A stretch of 64,000 nt of DNA from positions 14,136,001 through 14,200,000 of the forward strand of contig NC_082730.1 of the NCBI RefSeq assembly GCF_030144855.1, in the 5' to 3' direction. The DNA is from Hypanus sabinus (lineage: Eukaryota). A program made the translations under genes and the position numbers. Each line of letters begins with the position of its first letter. Position 1 is the first letter of the stretch. A model generated the notes under the pieces. That model ran no database searches, was not told the DNA's origin, and saw only the letters and a program-made list of their open reading frames with translations. Shown here in pieces: positions 1 to 15,000 of the stretch.

Positions 1-3000
1 GGAACACCGAGACTGGACTTGGACTCAAGTCGAACACCGAGCCTGGACTTGGACTCAAGTGGAATACCGAACCTGGACATGGACTCGAGTGGAACACCGA
101 ACCTGGACTTGGAACTGAGTGGAACACCGAGCCTGGACTGGACTCGAGTGGAACACCGAGCCTGGACTTGAACTCGAGTGGAACACCGAGCCTGGACTTG
201 GACTCGAGTGGAATACCGAACCTGGACATGGACTCGAGTGGAACACCGAACCTGGACTTGGAACTGAGTGGAACACCGAGCCTAGACTTGGACTCGAGTG
301 GAACACCGAGCCTGGACTTGGACTCGAGTGGAACACCGAACCTGGACGTGGACTCAAGTGGAACACCGAGTCTGGACATGGAACCTAGTGGCGCACTGAG
401 CCTGGACTTGGACTTGAGTGGAACACCGAGACTGGACTTGGAACTGAGTGGAAGACTGAGCCTGGACTTGGACTCGAGTGGAACACCGACTCTGGACATG
501 GAACCGAGTGGAACACCGAGCCTGGACTTGGACTCGAGCAAAACACCGAGTCTGGACATGGAACCAAGTGGAACACCGAGCCTGGACATGGAACCGAGTG
601 GAACACCGAGCCTGGACTTGGACTCGAGCGGAACACCGGGTCTGGACATGGAACCAAGTGGAACACCGAGCCTGGACTGGACTCGAGAGGAACACTGAGC
701 CTGGACTTGGACTCGAGTGGAACACTGAGCCTGGACTTGGACTCGAGTGGAACACCTAGCCTGGACTTGGACTCGAGTGGAACACCGAGCCTGGACTTGG
801 ACTCGAGTGGAACACCGAGCCTGGACTTGGACTCGAGTGGAACACTGAGCCTAGACTTGGACTCGAGTGGAACACCGAGCCTGGACTTGGACTCGAGCGG
901 AAAACCGAGCCTGGACTTGGAACTGAGTGGAACACCGAGCCTGGACTTGGACTCGAGTGGAACACCGAGCCTGGACTTGAACTCGAGTGGAACACCGAGC
1001 CTGGACTTGGACTCAAGTCGAACACCGAGCCTGGACTTGGACTCAAGTGGAACACCGAGCCTGGACTTGGACTCGAGTGGAATACCGAACCTGGACATGG
1101 ACTCGAGTGGAACACCGAACCTGGACGTGGACTCAAGTGGAACACCGAGCCTGGACTTGGACTCAAGTCGAACACCGAGCCTGGACTTGGACTCAAGTGG
1201 AACACCGAGCCTGGACTTGGACTCGAGTGGAACACCGAACCTGGACGTGGACTCAAGTGGAACACCGAGTCTGGACATGGAACCTAGTGGCGCACTGAGC
1301 CTGGACTTGGACTTGCGTGGAACACCGAGACTGGACTTGGAACTGAGTGGAACACCAAGCCTGGACTTGGACTCGAGTGGAACACCGAGACTGGACTTGG
1401 AACTGAGTGGAACACCAAGTCTGGACTTGGACTCGAGTGGAAGACTGAGCCTGGACTTGGACTCGAGTGGAACACCGAGTCTGGACATGGAACCGAGTGG
1501 AACACCGAGCCTGGACTTGGACTCGAGCGGAACACCGACTCTGGACATGGAACCGAGTGGAACACCGAGCCTGGACTTGGACTCGAGCAAAACACCGAGT
1601 CTGGACATGGAACCAAGTGGAACACCGAGCCTGGACATGGAACCGAGTGGAACACCGAGCCTGGACTTGGACTCGAGCGGAACACCGGGTCTGGACATGG
1701 AACCAAGTGGAACACCGAGCCTGGACTGGACTCGAGTGGAACACTGAGCCTGGACTTGGACTCGAGTGGAACACTGAGCCTGGACTTGGACTCGAGTGGA
1801 ACACCTAGCCTGGACTTGGACTCGAGTGGAACACCGAGCCTGGACTTGGACTCGAGTGGAACACCGAGCCTGGACTTGGAACTGAGTGGAACACCGAGCC
1901 TGGACTTGGACTCGAGTGGAACACCGAGCCTGGACTTGAACTCGAGTGGAACACCGAGCCTGGACTTGGACTCAAGTCGAACACCGAGCCTGGACTTGGA
2001 CTCAAGTGGAACACCGAGCCTGGACTTGGACTCGAGTGGAATACCGAACCTGGACATGGACTCGAGTGGAACACCGAACCTGGACGTGGACTCAAGTGGA
2101 ACACCGAGCCTGGACTTGGACTCAAGTCGAACACCGAGCCTGGACTTGGACTCAAGTGGAACACCGAGCCTGGACTTGGACTCGAGTGGAACACCGAACC
2201 TGGACGTGGACTCAAGTGGAACACCGAGTCTGGACATGGAACCTAGTGGCGCACTGAGCCTGGACTTGGACTTGAGTGGAACACCGAGACTGGACTTGGA
2301 ACTGAGTGGAACACCAAGCCTGGACTTGGACTCGAGTGGAACACCGAGACTGGACTTGGAACTGAGTGGAACACCAAGTCTGGACTTGGACTCGAGTGGA
2401 AGACTGAGCCTGGACTTGGACCTGAGTGGAACACCGAGTCTGGACATGGAACCGAGTGGAACACCGAGCCTGGACTTGGACTCGAGCGGAACACCGACTC
2501 TGGACATGGAACCGAGTGGAACACCGAGCCTGGACTTGGACTCGAGCAAAACACCGAGTCTGGACATGGAACCAAGTGGAACACCGAGCCTGGACATGGA
2601 ACCGAGTGGAACACCGAGCCTGGACTTGGACTCGAGCGGAACTCCGGGTCTGGACATGGAACCAAGTGGAACACCGAGCCTGGACTGGACTCGAGTGGAA
2701 CACTGAGCCTGGACTTGGACTCGAGTGGAACACTGAGCCTGGACTTGGACTCGAGTGGAACACCTAGCCTGGACTTGGACTCGAGTGGAACACCGAGCCT
2801 GGACTTGGACTCGAGTGGAACACCGAGCCTGGACTTGGACTCGAGTGGAACACTGAGCCTGGACTTGGACTCGAGTGGAACACTGAGCCTGGACTTGGAC
2901 TCGAACGGAACACCGAGCCTGGACTTGGAACTGAGTGGAACACCGAGCCTGGACTTGGACTCGAGTGGAACACCGAGCCTGGACTTGAACTCGAGTGGAA

Positions 3001-6000
3001 CACCGAGCCTGGACTTGGACTCAATTCGAACACCGAGCCTGGACTTGGACTCAAGTGGAACACCGAGCCTGGACTTGGACTCGAGTGGAATACCGAACCT
3101 GGACATGGACTCGAGTGGAACACCGAATCTGGACTTGGAACTGAGTGGAACACCGAGCCTGGACTTGGACTCGAGTGGAACACCGAACCTGGACGTGGAC
3201 TCAAGTGGAACACCGAGTCTGGACATGGAACCTAGTGGCGCACTGAGCCTGGACTTGGACTTGAGTGGAACACCGAGACTGGACTTGGAACTGAGTGGAA
3301 CACCAAGCCTGGACTTGGACTCGAGTGGAACACCGAGACTGGACTTGGAACTGAGTGGAACACCAAGTCTGGACTTGGACTCGAGTGGAAGACTGAGCCT
3401 GGACTTGGACCTGAGTGGAACACCGAGTCTGGACATGGAACCGAGTGGAACACCGAGCTTGGACTTGGACTCGAGCGGAACACCGACTCTGGACATGGAA
3501 CCGAGTGGAACACCGAGCCTGGACTTGGACTCGAGCAAAACACCGAGTCTGGACATGGAACCAAGTGGAACACCGAGCCTGGACATGGAACCGAGTGGAA
3601 CACCGAGCCTGGACTTGGACTCGAGCGGAACACCGGGTCTGGACATGGAACCAAGTGGAACACCGAGCCTGGACTGGACTCGAGTGGAACACTGAGCCTG
3701 GACTTGGACTCGAGTGGAACACTGAGCCTGGACTTGGACTCGAGTGGAACACCTAGCCTGGACTTGGACTCGAGTGGAACACCGAGCCTGGACTTGGACT
3801 CGAGTGGAACACCGAGCCTGGACTTGGACTCGAGTGGAACACTGAGCCTGGACTTGGACTCGAGTGGAACACTGAGCCTGGACTTGGACTCGAACGGAAC
3901 ACCGAGCCTGGACTTGGAACTGAGTGGAACACCGAGCCTGGACTTGGACTCGAGTGGAACACCGAGCCTGGACTTGAACTCGAGTGGAACACCGAGCCTG
4001 GACTTGGACTCAATTCGAACACCGAGCCTGGACTTGGACTCAAGTGGAACACCGAGCCTGGACTTGGACTCGAGTGGAATACCGAACCTGGACATGGACT
4101 CGAGTGGAACACCGAATCTGGACTTGGAACTGAGTGGAACACCGAGCCTGGACTGGACTCGAGTGGAACACCGAGCCTGGACTGGACTCGAGTGGAACAC
4201 CGAGCCTGGACTTGAACTCGAGTGGAACCGAGCCTGGACTTGGACTCGAGTGGAACACCGAGCCTGGACTTGGACTCGAGTGGAACACCGAGCCTGGACT
4301 TGGACTCGAGTGGAACACCGAGCCTGGACTTGGACTCGAGTGGAACACCGAGCCTGGACTTGGACTCGAGTGGAACTCCGAGCCTGGACTTGGACACGAG
4401 TGGAACACCGAGCCTGGACTTGGACTCGAGTGGAACACCGAGCCTGGACTTGGACTCGAGTGGAACACCGAGTCTGGACATGGAACCTGGTGGAACACCG
4501 AGCCTGAACTTGGACTCGAGTGGAACACTGAGCCTGGACTTGGACTCGAGTGGAACACTGAGCCTGGACTTGGACTCGAGTGGAACACCTAGCCTGGACT
4601 TGGACTCGAGTGGAACACCGAGCCTGGACTTGGACTCGAGTGGAACACCGAGCCTGGACTTGGACTCGAGTGGAACACTGAGCCTGGACTTGGACTCGAG
4701 TGGAACACCGAGCCTGGACTTGGACTCGAGCGGAACACCGAGCCTGGACTTGGAACTGAGTGGAACACCGAGCCTGGACTTGGACTCGAGTGGAACACCG
4801 AGCCTGGACTTGAACTCGAGTGGAACACCGAGCCTGGACTTGGTCTCCAGTGGAACACCGAGCCTGGACTGGACTCGAGTGGAACACTGAGCCTGGACTT
4901 GGACTCGAGTGGAACACTGAGCCTGGACTTGGACTCGAGTGGAACACCGAGCCTGGACTTGGACTCGAGCGGAACACCGAGCCTGGACTTGGAACTGAGT
5001 GGAACAACGAGCCTGGACTTGGACTCGAGTGGAACACCGAGCCTGGACTTGAACTCGAGTGGAACACCGAGCCTGGACTTGGACTCAAGTCGAACACCGA
5101 GCCAGGACTTGGACTCAAGTGGAATACCGAACCTGGACATGGACTCGAATGGAACACCGAACCTGGACTTGGAACTGAGTGGAACACCGAGCCTGGACTG
5201 GACACGAGTGGAACACTGAGCCTGGACTTGGACTCGAGTGGAACACTGAGCCTGGACTTGGACTCGAGTGGAACACCTAGCCTGGACTTGGACTCGAGTG
5301 GAACACCGAGCCTGGACTTGGACTCGAGTGGAACACCGAGCCTGGACTTGGACTCGAGTGGAACACCGAGCCTGGACTTGGACTCCAGTGGAACACCGAG
5401 CCTGGACTGGACTCGAGTGGAACACTGAGCCTGGACTTGGACTCGAGTGGAACACTGAGCCTGGACTTGGACTCGAGCGGAACACCGAGCCTGGACTTGG
5501 ACTCGAGCGGAACACCGAGCCTGGACTTGGAACTGAGTGGAACACCGAGCCTGGACTTGGACTCGAGTGGAACACCGAGCCTGGACTTGAACTCGAGTGG
5601 AACACCGAGACTGGACTTGGACTCAAGTCGAACACCGAGCCTGGACTTGGACTCAAGTGGAATACCGAACCTGGACATGGACTCGAGTGGAACACCGAAC
5701 CTGGACTTGGAACTGAGTGGAACACCGAGCCTGGACTGGACTCGAGTGGAACACCGAGCCTGGACTTGAACTCGAGTGGAACACCGAGCCTGGACTTGGA
5801 CTCGAGTGGAATACCGAACCTGGACATGGACTCGAGTGGAACACCGAACCTGGACTTGGAACTGAGTGGAACACCGAGCCTAGACTTGGACTCGAGTGGA
5901 ACACCGAGCCTGGACTTGGACTCGAGTGGAACACCGAACCTGGACGTGGACTCAAGTGGAACACCGAGTCTGGACATGGAACCTAGTGGCGCACTGAGCC

Positions 6001-9000
6001 TGGACTTGGACTTGAGTGGAACACCGAGACTGGACTTGGAACTGAGTGGAACACCAAGCCTGGACTTGGACTCGAGTGGAACACCGAGACTGGACTTGGA
6101 ACTGAGTGGAACACCAAGTCTGGACTTGGACTCGAGTGGAAGACTGAGCCTGGACTTGGACTCGAGTGGAACACCGAGTCTGGACATGGAACCGAGTGGA
6201 ACACCGAGCCTGGACTTGGACTCGAGCGGAACACCGACTCTGGACATGGAACCGAGTGGAACACCGAGCCTGGACTTGGACTCGAGCAAAACACCGAGTC
6301 TGGACATGGAACCAAGTGGAACACCGAGCCTGGACATGGAACCGAGTGGAACACCGAGCCTGGACTTGGACTCGAGCGGAACACCGGGTCTGGACATGGA
6401 ACCAAGTGGAACACCGAGCCTGGACTGGACTCGAGTGGAACACTGAGCCTGGACTTGGACTCGAGTGGAACACTGAGCCTGGACTTGGACTCGAGTGGAA
6501 CACCTAGCCTGGACTTGGACTCGAGTGGAACACCGAGCCTGGACTTGGACTCGAGTGGAACACCGAGCCTGGACTTGGACTCGAGTGGAACACTGAGCCT
6601 GGACTTGGACTCGAGTGGAACACCGAGCCTGGACTTGGACTCGAGCGGAACACCGAGCCTGGACTTGGAACTGAGTGGAACACCGAGCCTGGACTTGGAC
6701 TCGAGTGGAACACCGAGCCTGGACTTGAACTCGAGTGGAACACCGAGCCTGGACTTGGACTCAAGTCGAACACCGAGCCTGGACTTGGACTCAAGTGGAA
6801 CACCGAGCCTGGACTTGGACTCGAGTGGAATACCGAACCTGGACATGGACTCGAGTGGAACACCGAACCTGGACGTGGACTCAAGTGGAACACCGAGCCT
6901 GGACTTGGACTCAAGTCGAACACAGAGCCTGGACTTGGACTCAAGTGGAACACCGAGCCTGGACTTGGACTCGAGTGGAACACCGAACCTGGACGTGGAC
7001 TCAAGTGGAACACCGAGTCTGGACATGGAACCTAGTGGCGCACTGAGCCTGGACTTGGACTTGAGTGGAACACCGAGACTGGACTTGGAACTGAGTGGAA
7101 CACCAAGCCTGGACTTGGACTCGAGTGGAACACCGAGACTGGACTTGGAACTGAGTGGAACACCAAGTCTGGACTTGGACTCGAGTGGAAGACTGAGCCT
7201 GGACTTGGACTCGAGTGGAACACCGAGTCTGGACATGGAACCGAGTGGAACACCGAGCCTGGACTTGGACTCGAGCGGAACACCAACTCTGGACATGGAA
7301 CCGAGTGGAACACCGAGCCTGGACTTGGACTCGAGCAAAACACCGAGTCTGGACATGGAACCAAGTGGAACACCGAGCCTGGACATGGAACCGAGTGGAA
7401 CACCGAGCCTGGACTTGGACTCGAGCGGAACACCGGGTCTGGACATGGAACCAAGTGGAACACCGAGCCTGGACTGGACTCGAGTGGAACACTGAGCCTG
7501 GACTTGGACTCGAGTGGAACACTGAGCCTGGACTTGGACTCGAGTGGAACACCTAGCCTGGACTTGGACTCGAGTGGAACACCGAGCCTGGACTTGGACT
7601 CGAGTGGAACACCGAGCCTGGACTTGGAACTGAGTGGAACACCGAGCCTGGACTTGGACTCGAGTGGAACATCGAGCCTGGACTTGAACTCGAGTGGAAC
7701 ACCGAGCCTGGACTTGGACTCAAGTCGAACACCGAGCCTGGACTTGGACTCAAGTGGAACACCGAGCCTGGACTTGGACTCGAGTGGAATACCGAACCTG
7801 GACATGGACTCGAGTGGAACACCGAACCTGGACGTGGACTCAAGTGGAACACCGAGCCTGGACTTGGACACAAGTCGAACACCGAGCCTGGACTTGGACT
7901 CAAGTGGAACACCGAGCCTGGACTTGGACTCGAGTGGAACACCGAACCTGGACGTGGACTCAAGTGGAACACCGAGTCTGGACATGGAACCTAGTGGCGC
8001 ACTGAGCCTGGACTTGGACTTGAGTGGAACACCGAGACTGGACTTGGAACTGAGTGGAACACCAAGCCTGGACTTGGACTCGAGTGGAACACCGAGACTG
8101 GACTTGGAACTGAGTGGAACACCAAGTCTGGACTTGGACTCGAGTGGAAGACTGAGCCTGGACTTGGACCTGAGTGGAACACCGAGTCTGGACATGGAAC
8201 CGAGTGGAACACCGAGCCTGGACTTGGACTCGAGCGGAACACCGACTCTGGACATGGAACCGAGTGGAACACCGAGCCTGGACTTGGACTCGAGCAAAAC
8301 ACCGAGTCTGGACATGGAACCAAGTGGAACACCGAGCCTGGACATGGAACCGAGTGGAACACCGAGCCTGGACTTGGACTCGAGCGGAACACCGGGTCTG
8401 GACATGGAACCAAGTGGAACACCGAGCCTGGACTGGACTCGAGTGGAACACTGAGCCTGGACTTGGACTCGAGTGGAACACTGAGCCTGGACTTGGACTC
8501 GAGTGGAACACCTAGCCTGGACTTGGACTCGAGTGGAACACCGAGCCTGGACTTGGACTCGAGTGGAACACCGAGCCTGGACTTGGACTCGAGTGGAACA
8601 CTAAGCCTGGACTTGGACTCGAGTGGAACACCGAGCCTGGACTTGGACTCGAACGGAACACCGAGCCTGGACTTGGAACTGAGTGGAACACCGAGCCTGG
8701 ACTTGGACTCGAGTGGAACACCGAGCCTGGACTTGAACTCGAGTGGAACACCGAGCCTGGACTTGGACTCAATTCGAACACCGAGCCTGGACTTGGACTC
8801 AAGTGGAACACCGAGCCTGGACTTGGACTCGAGTGGAATACCGAACCTGGACATGGACTCGAGTGGAACACCGAACCTGGACTTGGAACTGAGTGGAACA
8901 CCGAGCCTGGACTGGACTCGAGTGGAACACCGAGCCTGGACTGGACTCGAGTGGAACACCGAGCCTGGACTTGAACTCGAGTGGAACCGAGCCTGGACTT

Positions 9001-12000
9001 GGACTCGAGTGGAACACCGAGCCTGGACTTGGACTCGAGTGGAACACCGAGCCTGGAATTGGACTCGAGTGGAACACCGAGCCTGGACTTGGACTCGAGT
9101 GGAACACCGAGCCTGGACTTGGACTCGAGTGGAACTCCGAGCCTGGACTTGGACACGAGTGGAACACCGAGCCTGGACTTGGACTCGAGTGGAACACCGA
9201 GCCTGGACTTGGACTCGAGTGGAACACCGAGTCTGGACATGGAACCTGGTGGAACACCGAGCCTGAACTTGGACTCGAGTGGAACACTGAGCCTGGACTT
9301 GGACTCGAGTGGAACACTGAGCCTGGACTTGGACTCGAGTGGAACACCTAGCCTGGACTTGGACTCGAGTGGAACACCGAGCCTGGACTTGGACTCGAGT
9401 GGAACACCGAGCCTGGACTTGGACTCGAGTGGAACACTGAGCCTGGACTTGGACTCGAGTGGAACACCGAGCCTGGACTTGGACTCGAGCGGAACACCGA
9501 GCCTGGACTTGGAACGGAGTGGAACACCGAGCCTGGACTTGGACTCGAGTGGAACACCGAGACTGGACTTGAACTCGAGTGGAACACCGACCCTGGACTT
9601 GGTCTCCAGTGGAACACCGAGCCTGGACTGGACTCGAGTGGAACACTGAGCCTGGACTTGGACTCGAGTGGAACACTGAGCCTGGACTTGGACTCGAGTG
9701 GAACACCGAGCCTGGACTTGGACTCGAGCGGAACACCGAGCCTGGACTTGGAACTGAGTGGAACAACGAGCCTGGACTTGGACTCGAGTGGAACACCGAG
9801 CCTGGACTTGAACTCGAGTGGAACACCGAGCCTGGACTTGGACTCAAGTCGAACACCGAGCCAGGACTTGGACTCAAGTGGAATACCGAACCTGGACATG
9901 GACTCGAATGGAACACCGAACCTGGACTTGGCACTGAGTGGAACACCGAGCCTGGACTGGACACGAGTGGAACACCGAGCCTGGATTTGAACTCGAGTGG
10001 AACACCGAGCCTGGACTTGGACTCGAGTGAAATACCGAACCTGGACATGGACTCGAGTGGAACACCGAACCTGGACTTGGAACTGAGTGGAACACCGAGC
10101 CTGGACTGGACTCGAGTGGAACACCGAGCCTGGACTGGACTCGAGTGGAACACCGAGCCTGGACTTGAACTCGAGTGGAACCGAGCCTGGACTTGGACTC
10201 GAGTGGAACACCGAGCCTGGACTTGGACTCGAGTGGAACACCGAGCCTGGACTTGGACTCGAGTGGAACACCGAGCCTGGACTTGGACTCGAGTGGAACA
10301 CCGAGCCTGGACTTGGACACGAGTGGAACACCGAGCCTGGACTTGGACTCGAGTGGAACACCGAGCCTGGACTTGGACTCGAGTGGAACACCGAGTCTGG
10401 ACATGGAACCTGGTGGAACACCGAGCCTGAACTTGGACTCGAGTGGAACACCGAGTCTGGACATGGAACCAAGTGGAACACCGAGCCTGGACTTGGACTC
10501 GAGTGGAACACCGAGCCTGGACTTGGACTCGAGTGGAACACCGAGCCTGGACTTGGACTCGAGTGGAACACCGAGCCTGGACTTGGACTCGAGCAGAACA
10601 CCAAGCCTGGACTTGGAACTGAGTGGAACACCGAGCCTGGACTGGACTCGAGTGGAACACCGAGCCTGGACTTGGACTCGAGTGGAACACCGAGCCTGGA
10701 TTTGGACTCGAGTGGAACACCGAGCCTGGACTTGGACTCGAGCGGAACACCAAGCCTGGACTTGGAACTGAGTGGAACACCGAGCCTGGACTTGGACTCG
10801 AGTGGAACACCGAGCCTGGACTTGGACTCGAGTGGAACACCGAGCCTGGATTTGGACTCGAGTGGAACACCGAGCCTGGACTTGGACTCGAGCGGAACAC
10901 CAAGACTGGACTTGGACTCGCGTGGAACACCGAACCTGGACATGGACTCGATTGGAACACCGAGCCTGGACTTGGACTCGAGTGGAACACCGAGCCTGGA
11001 CTTGGACTCGAGTGGAACACCAAGCCTGGACTTGGACTCGAGTGGAACACCGAGCCTGGATTTGGACTCGAGTGGAACACCGAGCCTGGACCTGGACTCG
11101 AGCGGAACACCGAGCCTGGACTTGGAACTGAGTGGAACACCGAGCCTGGACTGGACTCGAGTGGAACACCGAACCTGGACTTGGACTCGAGTGGAACACC
11201 GAACCTGGACTTGGACTCGAGTGGAACACCGAGCCTGGACTTGAACTCGAGTGGAACACCGAGCCTGGACTTGGACTCAAGTCGAACACCGAGCCAGGAC
11301 TTGGACTCAAGTGGAATACCGAACCTGGACATGGACTCGAATGGAACACCGAACCTGGACTTGGAACTGAGTGGAACACCGAGCCTGGACTGGACTCGAG
11401 TGGAACACCGAGCCTGGACTTGAACTCGAGTGGAACACCGAGCCTGGACTTGGACTCGAGTGGAATACCGAACCTGGACATGGACTCGAGTGGAACACCG
11501 AACCTGGACTTGGAACTGAGTGGAACACCGAGCCTGGACTGGACTCGAGTGGAACACCGAGCCTGGACTGGACTCGAGTGGAACACCGAGCCTGGACTTG
11601 AACTCGAGTGGAACCGAGCCTGGACTTGGACTCGAGTGGAACACCGAGCCTGGACTTGGACTCGAGTGGAACACCGAGCCTGGACTTGGACTCGAGTGGA
11701 ACACCGAGCCTGGACTTGGACTCGAGTGGAACACCGAGCCTGGACTTGGACACGAGTGGAACACCGAGCCTGGACTTGGACTCGAGTGGAACACCGAGCC
11801 TGGACTTGGACTCGAGTGGAACACCGAGTCTGGACATGGAACCTGGTGGAACACCGAGCCTGAACTTGGACTCGAGTGGAACACCGAGTCTGGACATGGA
11901 ACCAAGTGGAACACCGAGCCTGGACTTGGACTCGAGTGGAACACCGAGCCTGGACTTGGACTCGAGTGGAACACCGAGCCTGGACTTGTACTCGAGTGGA

Positions 12001-15000
12001 ACACCGAGCCTGGACTTGGACTCGAGCAGAACACCAAGCCTGGACTTGGAACTGAGTGGAACACCGAGCCTGGACTGGACTCGAGTGGAACACCGAGCCT
12101 GGACTTGGACTCGAGTGGAACACCGAGCCTGGATTTGGACTCGAGTGGAACACCGAGCCTGGACTTGGACTCGAGCGGAACACCAAGCCTGGACTTGGAA
12201 CTGAGTGGAACACCGAGCCTGGACTTGGACTCGAGTGGAACACCGAGCCTGGACTTGGACTCGAGTGGAACACCGAGCCTGGATTTGGACTCGAGTGGAA
12301 CACCGAGCCTGGACTTGGACACGAGCGGAACACCAAGACTGGACTTGGACTCGCGTGGAACACCGAACCTGGACATGGACTCGAGTGGAACACCGAGCCT
12401 GGACTTGGACTCGAGTGGAACACCGAGCCTGGACTTGGACTCGAGTGGAACACCAAGCCTGGACTTGGACTCGAGTGGAACACCGAGCCTGGATTTGGAC
12501 TCGAGTGGAACACCGAGCCTGGACCTGGACTCGAGCGGAACACCGAGCCTGGACTTGGAACTGAGTGGAACACCGAGCCTGGACTGGACTCGAGTGGAAC
12601 ACCGAACCTGGACTTGGACTCGAGTGGAACACCGAACCTGGACTTGGACTCGAGTGGAACACCGAGCCTGGACTTGAACTCGAGTGGAACACCGAGCCTG
12701 GACTTGGACTCAAGTCGAACACCGAGCCAGGACTTGGACTCAAGTGGAATACCGAACCTGGACATGGACTCGAATGGAACACCGAACCTGGACTTGGAAC
12801 TGAGTGGAACACCGAGCCTGGACTGGACTCGAGTGGAACACCGAGCCTGGACTTGAACTCGAGTGGAACACCGAGCCTGGACTTGGACTCGAGTGGAATA
12901 CCGAACCTGGACATGGACTCGAGTGGAACACCGAACCTGGACTTGGAACTGAGTGGAACACCGAGCCTGGACTGGACTCGAGTGGAACACCGAGCCTGGA
13001 CTGGACTCGAGTGGAACACCGAGCCTGGACTTGAACTCGAGTGGAACCGAGCCTGGACTTGGACTCGAGTGGAACACCGAGCCTGGACTTGGACTCGAGT
13101 GGAACACCGAGCCTGGACTTGGACTCGAGTGGAACACCGAGCCTGGACTTGGACTCGAGTGGAACACCGAGCCTGGACTTGGACACGAGTGGAACACCGA
13201 GCCTGGACTTGGACTCGAGTGGAACACCGAGCCTGGACTTGGACTCGAGTGGAACACCGAGTCTGGACATGGAACCTGGTGGAACACCGAGCCTGAACTT
13301 GGACTCGAGTGGAACACCGAGTCTGGACATGGAACCAAGTGGAACACCGAGCCTGGACTTGGACTCGAGTGGAACACCGAGCCTGGACTTGGACTCGAGT
13401 GGAACACCGAGCCTGGACTTGGACTCGAGTGGAACACCGAGCCTGGACTTGGACTCGAGCAGAACACCAAGCCTGGACTTGGAACTGAGTGGAACACCGA
13501 GCCTGGACTGGACTCGAGTGGAACACCGAGCCTGGACTTGGACTCGAGTGGAACACCGAGCCTGGATTTGGACTCGAGTGGAACACCGAGCTTGGACTTG
13601 GACTCGAGCGGAACACCAAGCCTGGACTTTGAACTGAGTGGAACACCGAGCCTGGACTTGGACTCGAGTGGAACACCGAGCCTGGACTTGGACTCGAGTG
13701 GAACACCGAGCCTGGATTTGGACTCGAGTGGAACACCGAGCCTGGACTTGGACTCGAGCGGAACACCGAGACTGGACTTGGACTCGCGTGGAACACCGAA
13801 CCTGGACATGGACTCGAGTGGAACACCGAGCCTGGACTTGGACTCGAGTGGAACACCGAGCCTGGACTTGGACTCGAGTGGAACACCAAGCCTGGACTTG
13901 GACTCGAGTGGAACACCGAGCCTGGATTTGGACTCGAGTGGAACACCGAGCCTGGACCTGGACTCGAGCGGAACACCGAGCCTGGACTTGGAACTGAGTG
14001 GAACACCGAGCCTGGACTGGACTCGAGTGGAACACCGAACCTGGACTTGGACTCGAGTGGAACACCGAACCTGGACTTGGACTCGAGTGGAACACCGAGC
14101 CTGGACTTGAACTCGAGTGGAACACCGAGCCTGGACTTGGACTCAAGTCGAACACCGAGCCAGGACTTGGACTCAAGTGGAATACCGAACCTGGACATGG
14201 ACTCGAATGGAACACCGAACCTGGACTTGGAACTGAGTGGAACACCGAGCCTGGACTGGACTCGAGTGGAACACCGAGCCTGGACTTGAACTCGAGTGGA
14301 ACACCGAGCCTGGACTTGGACTCGAGTGGAATACCGAACCTGGACATGGACTCGAGTGGAACACCGAACCTGGACTTGGAACTGAGTGGAACACCGAGCC
14401 TGGACTGGACTCGAGTGGAACACCGAGCCTGGACTGGACTCGAGTGGAACACCGAGCCTGGACTTGAACTCGAGTGGAACCGAGCCTGGACTTGGACTCG
14501 AGTGGAACACCGAGCCTGGACTTGGACTCGAGTGGAACACCGAGCCTGGACTTGGACTCGAGTGGAACACCGAGCCTGGACTTGGACTCGAGTGGAACAC
14601 CGAGCCTGGACTTGGACACGAGTGGAACACCGAGCCTGGACTTGGACTCGAGTGGAACACCGAGCCTGGACTTGGACTCGAGTGGAACACCGAGTCTGGA
14701 CATGGAACCTGGTGGAACACCGAGCCTGAACTTGGACTCGAGTGGAACACCGAGTCTGGACATGGAACCAAGTGGAACACCATGCCTGGACTTGGACTCG
14801 AGTGGAACACCGAGCCTGGACTTGGACTCGAGTGGAACACCGAGTCTGGACATGGAACCTGGTGGAACACCGAGCCTGAACTTGGACTCGAGTGGAACAC
14901 CGAGTCTGGACATGGAACCAAGTGGAACACCGAGCCTGGACTTGGACTCGAGTGGAACACCGAGCCTGGACTTGGACTCGAGTGGAACACCGAGCCTGGA

